A stretch of DNA of 56,684 bases, filler included, from Catajapyx aquilonaris (Eukaryota), in assembly GCA_000934665.2 (NCBI GenBank). It is 2 parts of 2 records of this genome, joined end to end, with 100 filler letters (N's around TTAATTAATTAA, not from the genome) between each part and the next. Parts side by side here need not be neighbours in the genome. Positions count along the whole stretch, not along the records: positions 28,410 to 56,684 come from JYFJ02004938.1; 1 more part is not named here. The stretch is one strand, 5' to 3'. Shown here piece after piece: positions 47,481 to 56,684 of the stretch. Position numbers and translations under genes: made by a program. Within the stretch, counting starts at the first letter, position 1. Each line of letters begins with the position of its first letter. The notes beneath the pieces were generated by a model. It saw only the letters and a program-made list of their open reading frames with translations. It did no database searches and was not told the DNA's origin.

Positions 47481-50400
47481 CTGGAAACCGAAAAAACATA
47501 TGCATATAAGAAGCTGGCACTAGTACCAACAAAATAAACGCTGGGTGAATCGGACACACTCGGAGCGTGCCCCATACAATTCGATACCCATTCAGTGCTG
47601 GGTCCAGCTTGCATTATACCAAGGGGGGTCTTCCCGACCCCAACGTATGGTATTGTACAGCCCACCCTCACACACTTGACTGACACCCTGGAATGAATGG
47701 CCTGCGTGCCGCGTCCACATTTACATCTTGTCCATAAATAAGGCTTTTCACGAGGGGCAGCGCCAGGAAGGGTAGGGGGGCGCCATGAGATTGGGAGCCA
47801 GATTTGGTTCCCATCGGAATCGCACGCGGACCGAGGGTGTATCAATCAGTTATGATGCTAAAATGTTAGATTCGGAGGCTGCTGTGCGTTGATCCCGAGG
47901 TCATAAGGCGTGGTGGCCTCAGCAGCACAAGGGCTATCTTTGTTCTCTTCAAATGCTCCTCCCTAGCTGGCTGTACATGCACAGACAGCATCCCTATAGC
48001 ACAGTGGCAGAGACAGTGTTCCAGTGGCGGGCTCCAGTGAACAAGGCAGCCCCTTGTCGGATGTCAGACCCGGCTGCCATTACCAGTTCCGTCTAATCTA
48101 TTTTTGAGGAGCTTGCTCTTCTTTTCTCTCCGTCTTCTCTCTCTCGGAGCTTCCCTTTTAATGGTCTAATTAGCCGGCGTCTTCCCAATCGACGCTTTGT
48201 TAGCACAGAGAGAGAGCTCCGGGTACACGCACACACACACAGCTTTACCTGTCTCAACCAGCAGGTGCAACACCCTGGAAACTCCTCCTCACAATGGGTA
48301 TACCTGTGTCAAGCATTTCAGCAAAATGACCTGATATTCGTGTAATGTAATGGCGGCTAGAACAATCTGGCAAATTTCATTTCCGAATTTACTCACATTG
48401 GTCAATAATTACAAGATAATCAGCCAGAAAATTAGTATTATGCACTCATAACATAACGATGTATTGAGCGAAACAAGGTTATTGGCAAATCACACGAGCG
48501 TTATTCGAGTCGACTTTTTTCGCACCGGGTAGGTGGAAATGAGGCTAACAACTTCGTTAAAATTGTTAGATTTGTGACCGGCATGACACAGTATGACCTA
48601 AAGTGTGCATTTCAAGGATATAATGGTACTGTACAGGCTGGCCCCAAAATGCCGAAAATCGGTGTTTGCTTCTGAAGCGCATTCAGAAGATTTGTGCTTG
48701 AAATGGGAAATCATTTACACCACTAAACGCAATCTCCAAAATCCTACTCAACGCAATTATGTTGAAAGCCCCCTAGCCTTGGGCTTTTCTAATGGAATTG
48801 TGAAACTCTGCGGGAAACTTTATATATTTTTTTCCTGCTCTCTTCTTTCCCTCCCTGCATGTTGTTATACCCCGAGACTCAGGAATCGTTAGGCCTCCTC
48901 CACTTCTTGGAAAATTACTTTAAAGAAAATAGGCTACTTATACTAATAAGGGGGGCGAGTAATTTTAACTCGCCCAAAAACTTCCCTTTTCCAAGGCGCC
49001 TTGCCCGGGATAAGGCAAAAATATGCCGGAATTTTCTTCCCAGGCGCCTTTCTCGTTGTTTTTTACGGGCCCGAATTTTCGAGCAATTCCTTCTGAAGTG
49101 TACTGAATGCAAATGAAGGGGACAGGGGGAGGGAAATGCTTGTTGATGTGACGTACAAGAAGCGGTATTTCATCGAATTACGTTCATTCGAAATTCCGGA
49201 GTGAAGGCGTGACAGGATAATCCGGAATAAAAAGGTGCTCTTTACAGGGTGGTCCACTGCTTTAAAAAAATCATTTAGCGCAAAATGTAATGATTTGTAA
49301 CAAATCCTGTATGCACAGGGCGTGACAAAAAAAAGTTTGGAAACGCCCAATTTTTGGTAGGGGAAAAAGCTAGGATTAATGGTCTAGTTGGGGTGAAGTT
49401 GGCAGGATTTTCGCACATTTCTCCACTTTGGACAAGCTCCAATGCATCCGGAACAATCCGGGGGGGGGGGGNGTTGAAAGGGGAGGTTGAGGTACCGACT
49501 TCGCTCATTGTGATGGATGTTTACGGGCCGGAAAATTGTGGGCCGGAGCCATGCTTCATCCTTCAGGAATGAAAATGTCGCCATCTGACTTCTTATACTT
49601 TTGTGTCGACACTTTTTGTGTTCGGGCTAGATTTCGGGTTCATTTAATGGGGAGGGGGGAAAACTTTTACTGCAGTTTTTCAATTGAAAAGCTAGAAACC
49701 TTATTTCATAATCTGGAGGAAAGTTATGGGAAAACTTGAGCTGTAACGACGGTGTTACCACCCTGGAACCGCGTCATTCCCGTCACGTTAAAAAGTCGCT
49801 GCCAGCTTTTTTTTGGGCGGTGCACTTTTTTTTTTTTACACTTCAACCCAAAAAATTCAAAGGTGACGACAGACCGCCCAGGATTGACATTTCTCACCCA
49901 AAGTTCTTACCGCGAGCGGTGAAGTTAAGAAAAACATCTCAGGAGACAGATAACATCGCGCTCGAGCAGGTTAACAGGCAACCATTTCAGAATAGGAAAA
50001 AAAGAAAGAGTTTAAAAATAACGGAGCCGTTGTTTCCAAACATCGGGGGTGGAGAAAGCTGATACAAAAGACACGCCATCGTTAACTCACAGCACGTTCA
50101 ACAATTTCTAGATTAACATCAACCCAAGCGGCGGATCCTCTAAAGGGGAATTAACTAAGATCTGATTGCACACATCGATGGCTCGTGGTAATGATCTGAT
50201 TGCGTTTTTATAAACAGCCTTGCAAAGAAATGATTCAGTTGAAAATAAACCCATAGTTTCTATCCCGTGTTACGAGTAATTAAACCTGATACTTGTCCTC
50301 ATTGAACTTTTAGAGACCAGCAGTAAAAGTTGCTGCATCTTAATGAGCTGTACATTTCACACAAAAAAACGGGCGATAAAGCAACCCGTGTTCACATCAC

Positions 50401-53400
50401 ACCATGGCCAGTTTTTTTCCAGAGCAATTATCCAGTCCAGGGTTCGACTCTCGACCCGCCTTGCAATTAACAATTCCTCCAAGGCAATGAGTGTCAGCAG
50501 CCAGGAAACTTGCATTTCGACTTTCCAAATGGCCTATTAGCACGATACGGGAGACAAAACACTGCAAGTAGCTAGTTGTGCTAATGAATAGGCGACGTCT
50601 GTCTCCTTTTCTTTTTTACTATTACAGGTAGTCGAACTTGTTTTTTTATATTATCAGCTAGTATACCAAGCAGTACTTGCCAACTCAAGTGGATGCAATT
50701 AACGAACTGGTTTTGTTTATCTTTCAGGCGCATCTACAGAGTTGGCTTGAAACAATACTTAATTTTATTAACGTTCTCGGAGCTGCGTTTATTCTACCAC
50801 CTCTAATCCTCTCTTCAAAGCTCAAAAAATGTACAAAAAAATGATAAAAAATGGGTTCGTTATTGAAATGAAAGGTTAACGCGGTCTTCGTGTTGAAGAG
50901 AGAAAAGATGGATCGTAATCTTGGGGGAAAAAAAGTTCCTCGCGTTTGTTGCTGACGCGACGGTTAATCTTCCGGATAATGTCTTTATTTGGTGAGAGTT
51001 AAGGCGATGATTGGCTGCCAAGAAAGTATTAAAAAACTGGGCCTATTCCGTTCGATTTATGCTCTGCTTCTCAAAATAATAAGTCATGCGCTTTAAAAAA
51101 TATAGAAGTAAAATTAGGGTGGACTATATCGGAGGTCGAGTGCCGTAAACTGTCGAAAATTGTCAATTAACGTCAATATCCAGCGCCGTATAAGGCGTTA
51201 CCGGATTTAACAAGTTATACGGTTGTAAACCTGATTTAATATTATTTAAGTTGCTTTTAAAGCCAAGAAGAATGCCAATTAAGCAGGCCTGCATATGGCA
51301 CAAATTTCGTCGTAAATATCACAACATGGGGGCATTTCCGGGCTACAAAATGTTTCACGACGTTGCTATATAAAATTAATTCCATAAATGTTCGATGTTG
51401 CTGTTAAATTCATTTACTGAAATATGTGATATCCCGCGTTATCCCATTTAAGACTTACGCTCTGTTTTATTTAATATTAGCATATTTAAACGTCCTATAA
51501 GGCAGTAAAACTCATTTATACACATAAAGTGCGTCTGTCATGAATTTTGTTGCAATGGACAGTTACACCATGTTGCCAAACTTGTTGCACGAATAATTTT
51601 GTTTCGTATGTTTTACTTTATTCATTCTATTTGTTAATTTCTTTCGAGTAATTTATTTAATTTTATTTCTTAACTGTTGTACAGTACCGAGGTGCCTATT
51701 ATTTAATTTTAATGTATAATACATTTTATTAATAATTAAGTATTTTGCTATTTAAATGTTTCAGCTATTTTATTAGTTCACCGCTTTTTAACATATTAAT
51801 GATTTTTGTTTTGTTTTATGTCTCTTAACTTGGCATCACTGCATTCCCAATAATGAGACCCTAGTTCTCCGTTGACAGCTCTACACATTTAGACGAATGT
51901 GGTCCCGCATCCGACATATTTGATGACAAACCTCGATTTCCTTCCACAGCCACTCCAGCGACAGACCAGGAAACGACCTGTCCATTCCATTTTTCTTGAA
52001 TCTCTCTCCCCCCCCCCCTCCTTCTAACTACTAACGCGTTGCCTCACCCGAAGGGCAACTTGTACTACAAATATCTGGAAAGAAACCTCCTCCACCCCAC
52101 TCCCGCCGAACATCCTTATAAAAATAATTTGTTCAGATGGCCAGCGCAGACAATTTTTCTTCGTTCCCTGACACATCCAACCCCCCCTCCTGTAGTGAAG
52201 CGGCAACCAGTCTGAAAAACGGACCCCCATGCACACCACGAGTGTAGAATAACATCTGTCATCGCTCTGGAAGTTCTGTGGTTTGGAAAACTCCCCTCCT
52301 CCCCTCAGTGTTGCGATGCGCACAAACCTTCCACACTCTTTCTTCTTCTGTGCCCTGGAATCCCCCCCCCCCCTTCCCATCCTCTTCATCCCAATTAATC
52401 ACGCCTAATTAGCAGCACACAGTGACACCTCTATCTCCCCCCATCCTCCTAACTCAGTTTTTATTCACTCGGCTTCCTATAGTGTCCCACGCCCCGCCTC
52501 CCCATATGTAACGTCATAATGCTATGTGGGGGCTTCGAGCGTGGAAGACATCACTCAGTGACAGTGCAACCGACGTGCGCCATCACTCTGCTCGCTGGTG
52601 CCAAGCAACACCGCTGTCTAGGGTTACCTGGTAGAAAGAGCCTGGAATCTCTAAAATTTTATACCCATTTCATACCCATTTTAGACCTTTTCTCATTTAA
52701 AAGCCGAACAAAACAACTATGTCCGTCCGTCTCTCCGTGAACAGGTATCAGGGCCTCAACCGCAGGAGATAGCAACAAAATGTTTTCGGATTCGGATTCA
52801 ACGGACCCTAAATAGGTTTCATGGTAAAATTTAAGTTTAAGTATTAGTGAGCAGCAGTCGCAGTTACGGGCCTAAGCGCGACTTGCCAGCAACGGTTCAA
52901 ACTGCTATTTTGCATAAGACGTGACGATATTGCAGCAACCCAAGACTGCAGCGTCCAGGGTCCAGCTGCAACCCGATCCCAACTGCAACCAGTTTATCCA
53001 AGTCAAACATCCCCGCAGCAACATTCCCCAGCAATAATGGGGCCAGCATAGGCGCCCCAGCCAGCAAACAATGTTTCCTCGCTGCAAAATTCATAGCTCC
53101 GGCAACCCGCTGCCACCAGATGGAGGAGGCCCAGGCTGCTGCTCCAAAAGGACAAGAGTCAACATTTTCCTTTTACTCCTCACCCTTTTCCTGCACCGGA
53201 ATTTAATAATGCAAATAACTCGGATGAAAAGCAATCTTACCACCCGGTGACTTCTTTCTGCCCTCAACTATGCACAGTGGCAAAATTATCCGGATAAATA
53301 ATTCCGGGCTAAGGAATGGTCCGCCCAGCCCCCAGAGCATATGGCCTGCAGCAATGAAAAGCCGCCTTAAAATATGAGGCGATATATTTTGCCCTCTACC

Positions 53401-54179
53401 AAAAGGGGAACTCTTGTTCGGTCCATCTTTTTTTTTCCAAACCGTTCTTTTGTGAATAGCGGTTTAACAGCGTCCATTTTGTTGGACCTATCGAAGACAG
53501 CTGTCATTTTCCGGAGCTGAAACGTGTCAGTTTTGCGCCTGGAGTTTTTCCGAGGGAAGGAACAAGGCGTCATTTTTATGTGATAAAATTCAGTGGGTCC
53601 GACACTAGAGCCATCTAGTGCTGTCAGCGGTGGTGTGCCTGGAGGGGTTGGAGAAGAGATGGCGCAAATTTCTATGAATGCGAATGAGAGAGGCCCATCG
53701 AAACTCCATCCCGTCCGCCCCTCATTCTCCCAGCATATTATGAAGCTCATAACGAGAAGGGAATGGAAGCTCCCCGTGTAGTGATAAAACCCGCGGTATA
53801 CACCTCCTTGTATCTACAATGCTCCAGGCTGTGTCATTATGTTACGGGAAAGTCTGCGCATGTCAACTGAAATCCAAATAAATCCTAACCGTTATTTTTT
53901 CGGACCTTACAAACTCCCGAGGGATGGCTCGTAAAAGTCCCAGGATGATAGAAACTTTCCGGGCATGCCAGCGGGTCGTACTATTTTTTTTGAGAGAGAG
54001 AGAGAAAGCACTACGTGTCTTGGGGCTCACCTCGCATGTTGAGGACCCACGTTCCCACTGTCGAACGAAGAGCTTGCTGTGATGTCCTCGTCTCGAATAG
54101 CTCCTGATTCCATCCCCATCGGTGCGATACACTGAGCTGCAAAATAACAACCAGAAACAACCTTTATTGTATGCAGGAC

Positions 54180-54502
54180 GACTCCGACTTACGTACGACA
54201 TGCTTAATAAATATTCCGAATTTACGTAAGTCGAGATATTCCGAAACCACACAACCTTTTGCCTCGTCCAGGCTTCTTGGCCTCCAGTTAATAAGTTTCT
54301 GTATGCTACATATAGGAACATAGATTCTGTACAATTCTGTACATACACATTCCGAAACCACAACACTTTTTACTGGCTCCTATGTACTGAATCTTATTAA
54401 TTCGAGTCCAAGGAGTCGGGACCAGGCAAGAAGTGTTGTGGTTTCGGTACATTTCGAGTTACGTAAGAAATCGACTTACGCGTAGGGTTACGTAAGTCGA
54501 GT
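54180..54502. mobile_element. Degenerate MITE with nested inverted/direct subrepeats
   Basis: CGACTTACGTA (54185) / TACGTAAGTCG (54223, 54489); TTCCGAAACCAC occurs twice and is inverted as GTGGTTTCGG at ~54438. Confidence 0.55.
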
Positions 54503-56269
54503 CTTTCCATACATAATCTGGAAACTTCCCATTTTCCCCTAATAGTGCTGTTATTAAGTCCCAACTTTTCTTCCCAGCAGATTTCGAGGGGAGGACAATC
54601 GACAATTTCACGACAATATTGCGAGTGTGGAACCAGGGGGGAGGGGGAAATATATTGTTCTTCATAAGTGGCGCTTGGGAAGCATAGTCATAACGCACAG
54701 CGTTTTACGGTATAAACCCTCTCCGCCCCCTCAGGCCTCTCTCCCTCTGGAAACAATGACGGCACAATGTTTCATCATTTGGAAGCAGCACCAGGTCGAG
54801 ACCAAAGTATTGAAAATGGAATCCCCCTCCCCCCCACCATTTCTAACTTTCCATACCTCCATCCGCCCTCAACATAACTCTGGCGATGGTATCGATCTGG
54901 GTATAGCCACGCCAAAAGTTCTCCCCCTCAATTCAAAACCCAGCACGAATTTCCAGAAATTCACCCCCCATTTTCTTTACCACTTGCAAGTTTTCCCTCC
55001 CTTACCGTTTTTTTTTTCCTTTAGAAGGGGGGGAGAAGGGGGCTAGAAAATGTACAAACAAAAGACGACGACGCGCCAGGAATGCCGACAACAAAAGGGA
55101 AAGAGGTTTGTCTCTCATTACACCAATTAAATCCGGTTCCCAGACTGTCAGAGAACCGTGGCTTGCTTCTTGATCCCCCCCCGTCTCCAAATCAAGCTTC
55201 TTGATCTCTTCACAGACACAAAAAAGATGAAGGGAAGCTGCTCGAGATAACAAGAGATAACGAATATATTTACGATCCAATCTGGCTGGCTGACAAATAA
55301 ATTGCAATGTTATGGCAACCGCTCACACCGCAAATAACACTAGGTTCTAGTACGCACCGAATGAATTATTAATCTGCTGGGAAATTAATATGGCGCATGA
55401 GAGACGAGAATTTTCCAGCTTTATTTGGGGTTGCGGTAACCTACTGCTCTTTTTCGGAACCGAAATAACTCCAGGAGGGCGGGTTCTAGAAATAGCGGAA
55501 AACCCCTTCCCTTTTCCGTCCCTGCCCTTACTCAATCGGCCCTTGTGATGTATCGCAAACGGCTGTTCACATGTGGCCAGAAAGCAACAATACACCGCCT
55601 GTTACTGTGTCTACAAACGCCTTCGAAAATGGCTCGCTACATTCTAAAAATATGTTAGTTTTACAAATCCAAAATGGCCACCCCCACCCACAGGTATACC
55701 CAAGTTACGATAACTGTAGCGCTGGGTGTGATTGTTCCTTGAACGAATTCTACGTGCGACACCCCTTTTCCTCAGGCTTGGAGGTGGGTAGGACCGGAGG
55801 GAATTTAATGAACCCCCTTTGAAGAGGCGTCTCCCTTTTTCGCCTGGTTTGAATCCCCTTGCCGAAGCAAAAGCCCTCCCTTGCCAACACTCTGAGATGA
55901 AGCGAGAGAGAAACGAGCCAGGGGACCCTACTCACATTCACCCCCAAAAAAAGAAGAAACGCGCGTAACCACACAAAGACCTTATTATTACCTATAACTT
56001 CTCGCATTCTGACAACGCATCGCCATTTTTTTCCTTCTCCAAGTCGCAGAAGCAAAGCCACAAAACCCAATTTTTGTGCAGCCAGAGAGAAAGAGGCGAA
56101 GGCGAGAGGAATCTGACACTATCTACCGGGAATGCAGACGTGCCCGGAAATTGCTCCGGAGTCAAATGCCCTCCCCCCCCCCCCTTCTCAGCCTCCCTAG
56201 AAATCTGGGTGACAGGCGACACGACACCTGATGACGAGGTTACACCACGCAAATCCTACGAACGCTATA

Positions 56270-56314
56270 CAGGGTGAGTCACTCACAGACAAATCGGGCC
56301 GGAAAAACACCCTG
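56270..56314. mobile_element. 45-bp Tc1/mariner-type MITE remnant
   Basis: TA-CAGGGTG ... CACCCTG-TA. Confidence 0.45.
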
Positions 56315-56384
56315 TAAAGCAAAACGGCGATTTTCGGCTTAACTAAAATCGCTGCTATTTTCAATAGCCGCTACTTTCGTGGTC

Positions 56385-56665
56385 GCTATTCTAATCACTG
56401 CTTCTCCCAGTTGAATCACTGCTACTCCAGTTGCTATGTGAATCAGTACTTCTCCCAGGTGTTATATGAAATACGACTGCTATTCGTAATAATTGTTATG
56501 TGAATCACTGCTACCCTTAGTTGCTATGTGAATCACTACTACTTGTAGTTGTTATATGAATCACTGCTATTCGTATAGTTGTTACGTGAATACTGCTACT
56601 CCTAGTCGCTATGTGATTCACTCCTACGATTGTAATTTCCATTTGAATCACTATTACTCTCGCAG
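56385..56665. repeat. Degenerate minisatellite, ~30-bp unit (GTTGCTATGTGAATCACTGCTAC...) x ~9
   Basis: Recurring GTT.(C/T)TAT(G/A)TGAATCACT(G/A)CTA motif at ~30-bp spacing. Confidence 0.8.
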
Positions 56666-56684
56666 CTGCTGTTTAGATGACGGC

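Noticed and set aside
53367..53750. ORF containing SSVGP as the missing first discoidin exon of DDR
   Set aside because: It lacks the expected C..LGM...I.ASS motif and a phase-2 donor; the match is coincidental.
1..56684. CRISPR arrays, operons, rRNA or autonomous transposase/RT genes
   Set aside because: None were seen; the DNA is eukaryotic, and its repeats are inverted or tandem without unique spacers.

Overview
Eukaryotic, intron-rich animal DNA, most likely an arthropod (short 55-90 bp introns, CAAAAC/AAC-ATG start contexts). Four protein-coding genes can be built by hand from GT-AG splice sites with consistent phases: (1) a 129-aa two-exon orphan on the minus strand (3124-2646) carrying an N-terminal BC-box-like motif; (2) a complete 9-exon cystathionine beta-synthase (10782-14219, +); (3) a convergent 11-exon, about 1045-aa ankyrin-repeat (inversin-like) protein (24727-15491, -) with a polyQ/acidic linker and an unrecognised C-terminal helical and Cys/His-rich region; (4) the last 11 exons of a discoidin domain receptor tyrosine kinase (47480-36300, -), whose first coding exon(s) were not found and probably lie beyond the window. 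Non-coding DNA is dense with small non-autonomous elements: nested palindromic MITEs, a TTAA-flanked piggyBac-like foldback with two internal insertions, a tRNA-Ala-like SINE with a 12-bp TSD, a V-SINE-like fragment and Helitron-like tandem heads. At 28310-28409 there is an artificial 100-bp spacer (N44-TTAATTAATTAA-N44), so contiguity across it is not established. No large novel system is evident. The best leads are the BC-box microprotein, a possible frame-switching splice region in the ankyrin gene, its C-terminal Cys/His module, atypical DDR kinase motifs and a possible CBS readthrough extension. All gene models come from manual reading only; no database searches were run.
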